Below, piece by piece: positions 9,147-18,207 of a DNA stretch of 43,606 nt. Within the stretch, counting starts at the first letter, position 1; every line of letters begins with the position of its first letter. The notes beneath the pieces were generated by a model. The model was not told where the DNA came from. It worked only from the letters and a program-made list of their open reading frames with translations, and did not search any database. Made by a program: the position numbers and the translations under genes. Location of the stretch: positions 1 through 43,606 of the forward strand of contig CAYSUS010000060.1 of assembly GCA_964434165.1 (NCBI GenBank), given 5' to 3'. Origin of the DNA: an uncultured Pirellulales bacterium. GTDB lineage: Bacteria > Planctomycetota > Planctomycetia > Pirellulales > Thermoguttaceae.

Positions 9147-12100
9147 ATGAGCGCACGCATTCGTTGCCCGGACTGCGGACGAACCTTCGAGGTAGCGCGC
9201 GATCGCCGCGGCGGCCTGTTGCGCTGTCCGCACTGCGCGCGGGCCTCGACCATCGATTCGCCCTCGTGCGCCTCCGAGGAGACGGCCGGCACGCTCCCGA
9301 TTGCCGATTCGATGGAGACGGCTCCTCCCGCTCCGGGGCTGGCAACGCCCGCATCGACGATGGCCGAATCGGGGCTTCACGTCGGGCGGTTTCGGATCGT
9401 CGGGCGTCTGGGAGCCGGGCAGTTCGGCGTGGTGTATCGGGCCCACGACCCGCTTCTCGACCGGTCGGTCGCCTTGAAGGTCCCGCATCCTGGGCGCTTC
9501 GAGAGCGAGAAGGACCGGCTTCGCGCGCTGCGCGAGGCCAAGGCCGCGGCCCAGCTCCGCCATCCACACGTGGTGCCCGTCTATGAAGCCGGAGGCGAAG
9601 GCGACCGGTTCTACATCGCGGCGGCCTTCGTCGAAGGGCGGACCCTGGAGGAGCTGGCCGAGCAACGCCCCCCCGATCCGCGACGTGCGGCCACGATCGT
9701 CAGGCAACTGGCCGACGCCCTGGACTACGCGCACCGGCGGGGAGTGGTGCACCGCGACGTGAAGCCGGGCAACGTGATGATCGACGTTCAGGGCGAGCCG
9801 CAGTTGATGGACTTCGGCCTGGCACGGCTCGATCGCGGCGAGGAGCAGCTCACGCAGGACGGGACCCTCCTGGGCACGCCCGCCTACATGTCGCCCGAAC
9901 AGGCCCGGGGCGAGCACCACCGCGTGGGGCCGGCGAGTGATCAGTACGCGCTGGGGGTGGTTCTCTTCCGGTTGCTGACGGGCAGGGTGCCGTTTACCGG
10001 CGGGCTGACCTCGGTCGTCTTCCAGGTGCTGCACCGCGAGCCCCCGCGACTGCGAGCGCTCCATCCCGGCGTGCCCCGCGATCTGGAGACGATCTGCCTG
10101 AAGGCCATGAGCAAGCAGCCCGAGGCACGGTACGCCGACTGCGGCGCGCTGGCCGAGGACCTCCGCCGCTGGCTGGCCGGCGAGCCGATTCGCGCGCGGC
10201 GCGTGGGGCCGGCCGAGCGCCTGCTGCGTTGGGCGCGGCGGAACCCCGCCGTCGCGTCGCTCAGTGCGGCGGTCGCCACCGCGCTGGTGGTCGTGGCGAT
10301 CGTGGCAGGGACGGCATACGTCGTCACGTCCCGGTCCCTGGCAGAGGCCGAGACTCGTCTGTACTTCAGCAGGGTGGCGCTGGCCTGGCAGAAGTGGGAG
10401 TCGGGCGAAGTCGATCAGGCTGAAGCCATCCTCGAGGCCTGTCCGCCCAACCGCCGTCACTGGGAATGGGGATTCCTCAAGCGACTGTGCCACCTGGAGG
10501 AGCGGGTCTGGGAGGGACATCGCGCCAAAGTGGTCGCGCTGGCCGTGGACCGCGAGGGACGGCAGGTTGCCTCGGCTTCGGCCGACGGCACGGTCAGGCT
10601 CTGGGACCTTGGGTCGCACAGGTGCGAAGGCACTTTCACGCCGCACCCCGGCGAGGCCACCGCCGTGGTCTTCCTGGAGCGCGGGGACCGTCTCGCCTCG
10701 GCCGGGGCCCGCGGGGAAGTGAGGATCTGGAAGCCCGAGCCGGGATCGGCGTCGGGCGGATTCGGGGAAGCACGGGGCGTGCGGTGCGAGGGGCACACCG
10801 GCCGGGTGAACGACCTGGCCGCCAGCCCGAAGGGCGACCTGCTGGCCTCGGCCGGCCAGGACAAGACGGTCCGGGTGTGGGACGCGGCAAGCGGGTCCTG
10901 CCTTCACGTCTTCGCCGAGCACACGGGCGGGGTGGGCGCCGTGGCGTTCAGTCCGAACGGGGTGGAGGTCGCGTCGGGCGGGGCGGACGGGGCGATCCGC
11001 GTCTTCAGCGCCCGCGACGGGTCCCAGCCGCGCACGCTCGCGAGCACGGCGAGCCCCATCCGATGCCTCGGTTTCAGCCCCGACGGCCAGAAGGTCGCCG
11101 GCGGCACGCTGGACGGCACGATCGCCGTCTGGGAGGTGGCCAGCGGCACGCGGGCGATGGTGCTTCAGCGACCGGGCGAGGACGTCGGCGAATTGGCCCT
11201 GGCTGCGGAGGGCGCGGCCCTGGCCGCAGCAAGCGCCGTGGCCTTCAGCCCCGACGGCCGGCTGATCGCCACGGCCGCCCCGGACCGCACCGTTCGCGTG
11301 TGGGAGGCGGCCAGCGGTCGCGAGATCGCCGTGCACCGGGGCCACGCGGCGACCGTGCTGGCCCTGGCGTTCACCCCGGACGGCGAGCACCTGGTCTCCT
11401 CGGGATGGGACGGCACGCTGCGCCTATGGGATGCCGACGACGACGGGGAGGCCGAAACGCTTCGCGGACATTCACACTATGTGGCGTACGTGGCGTTCAG
11501 CCGCGACGGGGCGCGACTGCTCTCGACCGCCTACGACGGGTCGGCCGTGGTGTGGGACGTGGCCTCCGAGCGTCCCGTGACCGTCTTCCGGAAGCACGAG
11601 GGCGAGGTGAACAGCGGTGCCTTCAGCCCCGACGGCCGGCTGGCGGCCACGGCCGGGTCGGACAAGACGATCCGGCTGTGGGACGCGGCGTCGGGTCGCC
11701 AGAACGGCGTGCTGCGGGGACATGGCGGACTGGTGCAGGACGTGGCGTTCAGCCCCGACGGACGCTTGATCGCCTCGGCCGGGTACGATGGGACCGTCAA
11801 GCTCTGGGACGTGGAGCAGCGGATCGAGCTGCGGACGCTCACCGGTCACGAGGATCACGTGAACAGCGTGGCCTTCGCTCCCGACGGCCGGCGCCTGGCG
11901 TCGGGCAGCCACGACGGCTCGGTCCGCGTGTGGCAGGTCGCGACGGGCGCGGAGCTTCTGACGGTCGAGCACGAAGGCTGGGTGGCCAGTGTGGCGTTCA
12001 GCCCTGACGGCGACCGCCTGCTCTCGGGCGGCCACGATCTGGCGGTCCGCGTGTGGGACGCGGAGGACGGCTCGCCTCGGTGCGTCCTGCGGCACGGGGC

Positions 12101-12329
12101 GTGGGTCTCGGCGGTCTGCGCCAGCGGCGACGGCGCGCGATACGTGTCGTGCGACTGGGCCGGCAGCGTGCACGTGTGGAGCGCCCGCGAGGGACGCGAG
12201 CTGCTGGCCGTGCCCGCCCATCCTCATCGCGTCTCCTGCGTGGCGATGAGTCCCGACGGAACGTGGATCGCCACGGGCGGGCTGGATCGTTGCGTGCGGC
12301 TCTGGAAGGCGGAACGGTCCGGCTGGTGA
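9147..12329 (+). CDS. Hanks-type Ser/Thr protein kinase with N-terminal Zn-ribbon, one TM helix and C-terminal WD40 beta-propeller repeats (about 14 blades).
   Basis: Internal ATG at 9147. Zn-ribbon MSARIRCPDCGRTFEVARDRRGGLLRCPHCARAS. Kinase motifs GAGQFGVVY, VALKV, HRDVKPGN, DFGLAR, APE. TM segment AVASLSAAVATALVVVAIVAGTAYVV. Repeated GH..V....FSPDG....S.G.DGT[VI]R[VL]WD units with WD/WE dipeptides. Confidence 0.9.
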   Translation: MSARIRCPDCGRTFEVARDRRGGLLRCPHCARASTIDSPSCASEETAGTLPIADSMETAPPAPGLATPASTMAESGLHVGRFRIVGRLGAGQFGVVYRAHDPLLDRSVALKVPHPGRFESEKDRLRALREAKAAAQLRHPHVVPVYEAGGEGDRFYIAAAFVEGRTLEELAEQRPPDPRRAATIVRQLADALDYAHRRGVVHRDVKPGNVMIDVQGEPQLMDFGLARLDRGEEQLTQDGTLLGTPAYMSPEQARGEHHRVGPASDQYALGVVLFRLLTGRVPFTGGLTSVVFQVLHREPPRLRALHPGVPRDLETICLKAMSKQPEARYADCGALAEDLRRWLAGEPIRARRVGPAERLLRWARRNPAVASLSAAVATALVVVAIVAGTAYVVTSRSLAEAETRLYFSRVALAWQKWESGEVDQAEAILEACPPNRRHWEWGFLKRLCHLEERVWEGHRAKVVALAVDREGRQVASASADGTVRLWDLGSHRCEGTFTPHPGEATAVVFLERGDRLASAGARGEVRIWKPEPGSASGGFGEARGVRCEGHTGRVNDLAASPKGDLLASAGQDKTVRVWDAASGSCLHVFAEHTGGVGAVAFSPNGVEVASGGADGAIRVFSARDGSQPRTLASTASPIRCLGFSPDGQKVAGGTLDGTIAVWEVASGTRAMVLQRPGEDVGELALAAEGAALAAASAVAFSPDGRLIATAAPDRTVRVWEAASGREIAVHRGHAATVLALAFTPDGEHLVSSGWDGTLRLWDADDDGEAETLRGHSHYVAYVAFSRDGARLLSTAYDGSAVVWDVASERPVTVFRKHEGEVNSGAFSPDGRLAATAGSDKTIRLWDAASGRQNGVLRGHGGLVQDVAFSPDGRLIASAGYDGTVKLWDVEQRIELRTLTGHEDHVNSVAFAPDGRRLASGSHDGSVRVWQVATGAELLTVEHEGWVASVAFSPDGDRLLSGGHDLAVRVWDAEDGSPRCVLRHGAWVSAVCASGDGARYVSCDWAGSVHVWSAREGRELLAVPAHPHRVSCVAMSPDGTWIATGGLDRCVRLWKAERSGW

Positions 12330-12363
12330 CCGTTCGCAATCGGGCCCCGTCTTCCACGGGGGC

Positions 12364-12392
12364 TTGACCCGTTACCCAGCCAGAGCTAGCAT
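12364..12392 (+). promoter_or_regulatory. Sigma-70-like promoter candidate upstream of the TM2 gene (TTGACC-N17-TAGCAT).
   Basis: TTGACC at 12364-12369, 17-nt spacer, TAGCAT at 12387-12392, about 60 nt upstream of the ATG at 12452. Sequence match only. Confidence 0.3.
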
Positions 12393-12451
12393 CCGCGTGT
12401 GGGGGATCGCCCCGGTGCCTGCCTCACCCTCCCCAGCCGGGAGCTCACCGA

Positions 12452-12865
12452 ATGAACTGCCCGAATTGCGGCGGCAATGTTCCGCCCGGCGTGAACCGAT
12501 GCCTCAAGTGCGGCAGTTTCGTGGAGCAGCAGGCACCGCCCCCGCCGCAACCGGCTTACGCCCCGGTCGCTCAGGTGGTGATGCAGGCGCCCATGCCGGT
12601 GCAGCCGGCGGCGGTGCCCATGACGCCCGAGAAGTCGCGGATCGCCGCGGGCCTGTTGGCGATCTTCCTGGGGGCGTTCGGCATCCACAACTTCTACCTG
12701 GGCAATGTCGGGATCGGCGTGACGCAGCTCTTGCTGACTCTGCTGGTCAGCTGGTTCACGTGCGGCCTCAGCGCGATGGTGGCGGGGATCTGGGCGCTGG
12801 TTGAGGGCATTCTTCTGTTGGTCGGCGGGATCAACCGGGATGGAGAGGGCCGGCCCCTCAAATAG
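12452..12865 (+). CDS. Zn-ribbon + TM2-domain membrane protein.
   Basis: N-terminus MNCPNCGGNVPPGVNRCLKCGSF has two CxxC pairs. A Pro/Ala-rich linker follows. C-terminal KSRIAAGLLAIFLGAFGIHNFYLGNVGIGVTQLLLTLL...GIWALVEGILLLVG matches the TM2 domain (PF05154) consensus. GGGAG RBS 8 nt upstream. Confidence 0.8.
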   Translation: MNCPNCGGNVPPGVNRCLKCGSFVEQQAPPPPQPAYAPVAQVVMQAPMPVQPAAVPMTPEKSRIAAGLLAIFLGAFGIHNFYLGNVGIGVTQLLLTLLVSWFTCGLSAMVAGIWALVEGILLLVGGINRDGEGRPLK

Positions 12866-13162
12866 CCGCCGCGCCGGCCCGCGGTGGGTGGCTTGCGCGC
12901 CTTCGCGTGGTGCGCGGCCCGGGGGCGGTGTAAGGTCTCGCACTCCCATGTGAAGACCACTTGACGACTCCGACTGGACGTTCTGGCTGCGCACCCCGGA
13001 TGAGGGGCGGGTTGAAAAACGTTCACTGCGGGGCTAGTCTATTTGGGTTCCGATGCGACCTTCCGGGAGAGGTCCTTCCGGGCGGGGAGGCCTTCGGCCT
13101 GGGAGCGGCGCATCGCCGGTGGGGGTCTCCCCGGTTGCGACCTCGGGAAGGAGGGCGTCGTC

Positions 13163-13957
13163 ATGAACCGTGCTTCGGGGATCACGCTTTTCTGGCTCGT
13201 GCTGCTCGGTGCGGCCGCCGTGGCCCTGACGGTCAGCACGTTCTACGCCTTCGTTCTCCCGGATCATCGCGGGCCGACGTTCGTCTCCGTGATCGCCTCG
13301 ACCTGCGTGGCGGAGATTGTTCTCTTCGGCTACGCGGCCTACTTCCTGACGGTGCCCCACACGGTCAAGCGTCCCAGTCCGGCCGTGCGCATGCAGATCC
13401 TCGTGCTGGTGGTGATCTGGTTTTTCATCGTGCTGGTGACCGGCGCGGTGGCGGTGCACCCCACGCTTTCGGATACGTTCTACAGCGACAAGATCCTGGT
13501 GTTCCAGTCGATCCTCACGTTCCTCATGCTGGCAGGGGCGTTTTTCCTTCACCGGCAGGACGTGGTCCTCCAGGTCCGCGAGGAGGCGCCGCAGCAGAGC
13601 CGCGTGCGCCTTCAGTCGTTCGCCGGCGGTGTGGACGCCCTGATGGATACGCTGCGGAGCCTGGCGGGCCAGAGGCCGGCCCAGGCCGCCGAGATCGAGC
13701 GGCTCACCAAGCGGCTGGACACGCTGAAGACCCAGTTGCTCTCGGTCTCGCCCGTGGCCGAGCGGGAGCCGGAGCGGAAGGTGGAGCCCCTGTCGGACGA
13801 GGAGATCGTCGAAGGCCTGAAACAATTGCACCAGAGCGTGGCGGGGTTGAGCTCCGCCGGCGACGAGCAGATCGAGAACCGGCTGGCCTCCGTGCGGCGG
13901 GAGCTGGACGCCTTGAGCGGCCTCTTGCGCCGCCGCGAGGACGTCCTCACCTTTTAG
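13163..13957 (+). CDS. Integral membrane protein (4 TM) with C-terminal coiled-coil region; no known domain.
   Basis: Internal ATG at 13163 preceded by GGAAGGAGG RBS. Four hydrophobic helices in the first 150 aa, then heptad-like segment (AEIERLTKRLDTLKTQLL..., ENRLASVRRELDALSGLL). Confidence 0.6.
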   Translation: MNRASGITLFWLVLLGAAAVALTVSTFYAFVLPDHRGPTFVSVIASTCVAEIVLFGYAAYFLTVPHTVKRPSPAVRMQILVLVVIWFFIVLVTGAVAVHPTLSDTFYSDKILVFQSILTFLMLAGAFFLHRQDVVLQVREEAPQQSRVRLQSFAGGVDALMDTLRSLAGQRPAQAAEIERLTKRLDTLKTQLLSVSPVAEREPERKVEPLSDEEIVEGLKQLHQSVAGLSSAGDEQIENRLASVRRELDALSGLLRRREDVLTF

Positions 13958-14063
13958 CCAGCCGCCCGTCCGGCCCCCCGCGGCGCCGGCAAGACGAAAG
14001 ACCACGAAGGAACGCGCGAGCTTCCCTCGCCCAGCCCTCGACCGTACCGAAGGACAACGTGCC

Positions 14064-15032
14064 ATGCCGTGGAAAGTCATCGAGTTCCAGGATCCGACGG
14101 GCGAGGTCATGGTCGCCCGCGTGCCCCCGGAAGGAACGGCGGAGCTCGTCTCCGGATCGCAGTTGGTCGTGCAGGACGGGCAGATCGCCGCCTTCTTCCA
14201 CGACGGCAAGCCGACCGACGGATTCCGCGCCGGCCGCTTCACGCTGAGCACGCAGAACCTACCCGTCTTGAGCAAGCTCCTCCGCCTGGCCACGTTGAGC
14301 CGGTCGCCATTTCGCTCATGCGTGTACTTCGTGGCGCTGAAGACGTTCACCAACCTGGGCTGGGGGACGCCCACGCCGATTCTGTTCCGCGACTCGGAGT
14401 TCCGCATGGTCAACCTCCGCGCGCACGGCGCGTTCGCCGTGCGCGTGGCCAACCCGAAGGTCTTCCTCCACACCGTCGTCGGCACGCAGGGCGTGCAGAC
14501 GACGTTCGAGCTGCAGGACTACCTCCGCAAGATCCTCGTCGCGCGGTTCGCCAAGGTGCTTCCCGAACTGCTCTCCTCGGTCCTCGACCTTCCGCAGTTC
14601 TACGAGGAGATCGCCTCGCGCGTGAAGCGGGCCGTCTTCGAGGACTTCCAGCAGTACGGCGTCGAGCTGGTGGACCTGTTGATCGAGGCCATCACCCTGC
14701 CCCCGGACGTCCAGGACGCCATCAATCGCGCGACAGGCGTGCGCGCGGTGGGCCAGGACGAGGTCGGGCATTACGAGCGCGTCCGTCGGGCCGACGCGGT
14801 GTCGGATGCGGCGAAGACGCCGGGCAGCGACGTCGCGGGAGGCCTCGCCGCGGGACTGGGCCTGGGCGCCGGCATGCAGGTGGCCGGGCAGATGGCCGGG
14901 CCATCGGGCGGCGCCCCGAGCGTGGAGGAAGTGAAGGCCCGGCTCCGCGAGCTCAAGGGGCTGGTTGACGAGGGGCTGATCACCCAAGAGGACTTCGAGG
15001 CCAAGAAGAAGGACCTTCTGGCGAGGCTCTAG
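14064..15032 (+). CDS. SPFH/band-7 superfamily protein of the COG4260 type with C-terminal SHOCT domain.
   Basis: N-terminal 230 aa align to the COG4260 consensus (membrane protease subunit, stomatin/prohibitin family: ...VIEF.D..GEV...R.P..G...I..GSQL.V...Q.A.F...GK..D.F..GR.TL.TQNLP.L..L...). The C-terminal SVEEVKARLRELKGLVDEGLITQEDFEAKKKDLLARL matches the SHOCT domain. A Gly/Ala linker separates them. Confidence 0.75.
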   Translation: MPWKVIEFQDPTGEVMVARVPPEGTAELVSGSQLVVQDGQIAAFFHDGKPTDGFRAGRFTLSTQNLPVLSKLLRLATLSRSPFRSCVYFVALKTFTNLGWGTPTPILFRDSEFRMVNLRAHGAFAVRVANPKVFLHTVVGTQGVQTTFELQDYLRKILVARFAKVLPELLSSVLDLPQFYEEIASRVKRAVFEDFQQYGVELVDLLIEAITLPPDVQDAINRATGVRAVGQDEVGHYERVRRADAVSDAAKTPGSDVAGGLAAGLGLGAGMQVAGQMAGPSGGAPSVEEVKARLRELKGLVDEGLITQEDFEAKKKDLLARL

Positions 15033-15152
15033 ACGTTGAGCGGAGTAAGCGAGGTGACCGCGGCCGCGGGGCCGGCGCGCAAGCGGCGCCAACCCCCGGC
15101 GGTCCCGGGACCGCGCGAGTTGCTCCAAGCGCTTCAAGGAGACACCTGTCGG

Positions 15153-17462
15153 ATGCGCCGAGTCGGGCCCATGCTGAGCGGCACGCTTGGGATCGCCGTG
15201 ATCCTTGCGGCGGCAGTCTCGCTGGCCGAACAGACCCCCGCGTCTCCTCCGTCGCGCATCCCCACGCTGCCCGAGCTTCCCCCCGGCGTCGGTGCGAAGG
15301 GACCTCGGATCGCGACCGTGGCGCTCAACCGGCGCCCGGGCTACTGCTCGACCATCGCGCTCGGCTCGCCTGCCGTTCCGCCCGACGGATTCGCCTACAT
15401 GAACCTCCAGGGCGTGGTGCTGGGCGTGGTCGTCAGCAACCCCTCGGACCAGCCCGCCCACGGCCGTCTCGCCGTCAAGATGATCGATCCGGGCGGTGGT
15501 CAGCCGTTCCACGAGTCGCGTTCCGTGGCGCTGAAGGCGAAGGAATCGACGACGCAGTTCTTCTCGGTGGCGACCGGGCCCCGCCTGCCGCTGGTCTCCG
15601 CGCCGGTGCGGACCGGGGCGTGGAAGGGGACCGTGACGCTGGACAACGCGCTTGCGCCGCGCGAGCCTCCCGAGGTCCGCGCCTTCGAGCTCTTCGTGGA
15701 GGATCCCTCGCGGCCTTCGGCGGGAACGCGGGAGCCCGCGGCGCTGGGGCGCGTGCGCAAGTGGGATCCTCCCGATCTGGGTCGGCGGTTTCCCGACCTG
15801 GCGCGGTACGAACGGGCCATGCGCGTTCTCGACGGGATCATGCTTCTCCTGGCCGCGCGGGCCGGGAGCCGTGCGGGCCTGCCCAAGGACGCCGACGCGC
15901 CGCTGTGGGAGACGGCGACCGACGACTTCCTGGGCACGGCCGACGCGGCCAACCGCGCGGCGATGACCTCGGCCACGATCCGCATCGAGCCCGGGGCGGC
16001 GGTCGAGGGCCGTCGCAAGGTGGCCCTCCGCTGGAAGAACGAAGAGCGGGGCGTGCTTGCCAAGGACGGTCCCCTGCGCGTGCGCAACTGCTTCGACCGG
16101 GCGGTGCTGACCCTGTCCGTTCCGTCAGGCATCGAGCTCATCGACCAGCCTTCAGGGCTCGCCGAGACCGCCGACGATTCCGGGACGGGGCGTCGGGTCC
16201 TGGCGATCGTGGAGAGCTTCGTCGATAAGCGGCTGGTGCCCGACGAGGAGCACCTCACGACCTTGACGCTCGACGAGTCCGAGTTCGAGTCGGACGACGG
16301 CTACACGCTGATGGCCCAGGTGCAGTTGCAGTTCGGACCGTTCGGTCGGCCGCTGGGCGAGAAGCCTCTCGCCGAGCGGCCGGCGCCGCTGGAGGTCCCC
16401 GGCATGGCCGTCTATGACTACCGCCGCTGGCTCGACCGGCCGGACGACGTTTACTGGTACGTCGTGTCGGCCGCCTCGGCCGAGGCCGCGGTCGAGGCGG
16501 CCGACCCCGCCGGCGCCGAGATCGTGGTCAACCCGGGGAGGCTGCCCGAGCTGTCGGTGCCCGACGACGAGGCGTCCGGCGCGGAAGGGATGCTCGACAT
16601 CGTCTTCTGCATCGACACGACCGGCTCGATGGCCGACGACATCCAGGCCGTGCAACAGGCCTCGCAACAGATCCTCGACCGCTTCGAGGATTTCTCGGCC
16701 AGGGCCGGGATCAGTTTCCAGGTGGGCCTGGTCACGTACCAGGACCACACCGACGCGGAGACGTTCAAGGGCCAGCCCGAGGAGGCGTGGCTCCAGGCCT
16801 GGCCCCTTTCGGCCGACTCGCGCACGGTCCGCGACAACATCCTCGCGATCCGCATCAACCGCAAGGCCGTGGGCGGGGACATCCCCGAAGACCTGTTCGC
16901 CGCCCTGATGTGCGCCATGGATGCGCGTCCCGACTGGGAGGGCAAGCCCGTGCGCATGGGCTGGCGCGACGGCGCGGCCAAGATCGCCCTGGTCATGTGC
17001 GACGCGCCGCCGCACGACCCGGACTTCGAGGGCCGCACGCTGGCCGACGTGGCCCGACGGGCAGAGGAGCTCGACCCGGTTCACGTGTATCCGCTGATCC
17101 TGCCCGGCTCGGGCCCGGCCCTGCTCGATCCGACCGTGGCGGCCATGAAGCGGCTGGCCGAGGCCACGAAAGGCGAGACGACGAGCGTGTCGGGGGCCAG
17201 CGAGCTGCCCGAGGCCATTGTGCTCACGGTCCAGCGCGCGGTGGAAACCCACAGGCTCGAGGTCTGGCGGCGGGAGAACCCGCCGTATGCGCTCTTCTGC
17301 GCGGTCGGCGCGATCAGCGCCCTGGCGATCCTGGCACTGGCCGGGGCCACGTACGCGCAGCTCCGCCAGCGCCGCCGGCAGGCCGAGCCGTCCGCGGCCC
17401 GGGCGGACGACCGCGAGCTGACCGGCCAGTCCATGCGCCTCCCGCCCGAGCGCCCCGCCTGA
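15153..17462 (+). CDS. von Willebrand factor A (vWA) domain protein with N-terminal signal peptide and C-terminal TM anchor. Start uncertain: TTG 15036, ATG 15153 or ATG 15171.
   Basis: vWA/MIDAS-like block DIVFCIDTTGSMADDIQAVQQASQQIL...GLVTYQDH... Signal-like MLSGTLGIAVILAAAVSLA. C-terminal hydrophobic YALFCAVGAISALAILALAGATY followed by RQRRRQ. The TTG at 15036 lies 4 nt after the SPFH stop. Confidence 0.7.
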   Translation: MRRVGPMLSGTLGIAVILAAAVSLAEQTPASPPSRIPTLPELPPGVGAKGPRIATVALNRRPGYCSTIALGSPAVPPDGFAYMNLQGVVLGVVVSNPSDQPAHGRLAVKMIDPGGGQPFHESRSVALKAKESTTQFFSVATGPRLPLVSAPVRTGAWKGTVTLDNALAPREPPEVRAFELFVEDPSRPSAGTREPAALGRVRKWDPPDLGRRFPDLARYERAMRVLDGIMLLLAARAGSRAGLPKDADAPLWETATDDFLGTADAANRAAMTSATIRIEPGAAVEGRRKVALRWKNEERGVLAKDGPLRVRNCFDRAVLTLSVPSGIELIDQPSGLAETADDSGTGRRVLAIVESFVDKRLVPDEEHLTTLTLDESEFESDDGYTLMAQVQLQFGPFGRPLGEKPLAERPAPLEVPGMAVYDYRRWLDRPDDVYWYVVSAASAEAAVEAADPAGAEIVVNPGRLPELSVPDDEASGAEGMLDIVFCIDTTGSMADDIQAVQQASQQILDRFEDFSARAGISFQVGLVTYQDHTDAETFKGQPEEAWLQAWPLSADSRTVRDNILAIRINRKAVGGDIPEDLFAALMCAMDARPDWEGKPVRMGWRDGAAKIALVMCDAPPHDPDFEGRTLADVARRAEELDPVHVYPLILPGSGPALLDPTVAAMKRLAEATKGETTSVSGASELPEAIVLTVQRAVETHRLEVWRRENPPYALFCAVGAISALAILALAGATYAQLRQRRRQAEPSAARADDRELTGQSMRLPPERPA

Positions 17463-17609
17463 AAAAAACACCACGAGAAGGACAAGACCTGTCGGCGCTT
17501 TCGCCCACCGCGATCCGCGGCCTTCGTTTCGCGGCGAGCGAGCCGCCCGTCGGGAGGAGAGACGGACTGACCCGCGTGATGCATCCTTGGACCCCGGGAG
17601 GTGATGCCC

Positions 17610-18134
17610 ATGATCCGCGTCGTATGCCCCAATTGCTCTTCGCAGTTCGACACCCAGGACATGTATGCCGGGCGGACGGCGAACTGCCCCCAGTGCGGGA
17701 CGCAGCTCACGATCCCGCAGGCCCCGACGGCGTCGTCGGGTTTCTCGCCGGGCGGCGGCCCGCCGCCCATGCCCGGCTACGCCCCGCAGACGCCGTCGTC
17801 GGCCGGGGCCACGTACTACCCCCCGAACAAGCAGCCGGGCGTGGCCCTGGCCGGCATGATCTGCGGGATCGTGGGATTCGTGCTCTCATTGATCTCCGCG
17901 ATTCCGTGCATTGGCTGTTTCACGCTATTGCTTGCCGGCCCGACGGCCCTGGCCGGCGTGATTTGCAGCGTCATCGGCCTGATCCTCTCCAAGAAGCGGG
18001 GCCAGAAGATGACGTATTCGATCGTCGGGCTGTCGCTCTCGATCCTGGCGATCATCTGGGCTCCGATCGTCTACTTCCTGATCCTCGGCGCGCTGGGCGC
18101 GGGCGGAGCCTTCATGGATCCGAGCATGTTCTGA
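17610..18134 (+). CDS. Zn-ribbon + DUF4190 membrane protein. Alternative GTG/ATG start at 17601.
   Basis: MIRVVCPNCSSQFDTQDMYAGRTANCPQCGTQLTIP (CPxC...CPxC ribbon). Pro-rich linker. C-terminal double hydrophobic hairpin GVALAGMICGIVGFVLSLISAIPCIG...LAGVICSVIGLILSKKRGQK...IVGLSLSILAIIWAPIV typical of DUF4190 (PF13828). GGGAGG RBS 9 nt upstream of ATG 17610. Confidence 0.7.
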   Translation: MIRVVCPNCSSQFDTQDMYAGRTANCPQCGTQLTIPQAPTASSGFSPGGGPPPMPGYAPQTPSSAGATYYPPNKQPGVALAGMICGIVGFVLSLISAIPCIGCFTLLLAGPTALAGVICSVIGLILSKKRGQKMTYSIVGLSLSILAIIWAPIVYFLILGALGAGGAFMDPSMF

Positions 18135-18207
18135 TCGCCCCCAACACGGAACGCCGCGCGGCGACGGTCGTCGCGCCGGCGCGATCCCCCGACGACAAGG
18201 TGGAATC

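Noticed and set aside
8406-11390. 994-aa ORF antisense to the WD40 kinase gene.
   Set aside because: Expected artefact of about 70% GC DNA, where stop codons are rare in all frames. Translation is Arg/Gly/Pro/Ala-rich low complexity, with no domain. It fully overlaps a well-supported multi-domain gene.
17463-17475. A7 tract (tgaaaaaaaca) immediately after the vWA gene stop.
   Set aside because: Striking in a 70% GC context, but there is no upstream hairpin, so it is not a convincing intrinsic terminator. Probably incidental.
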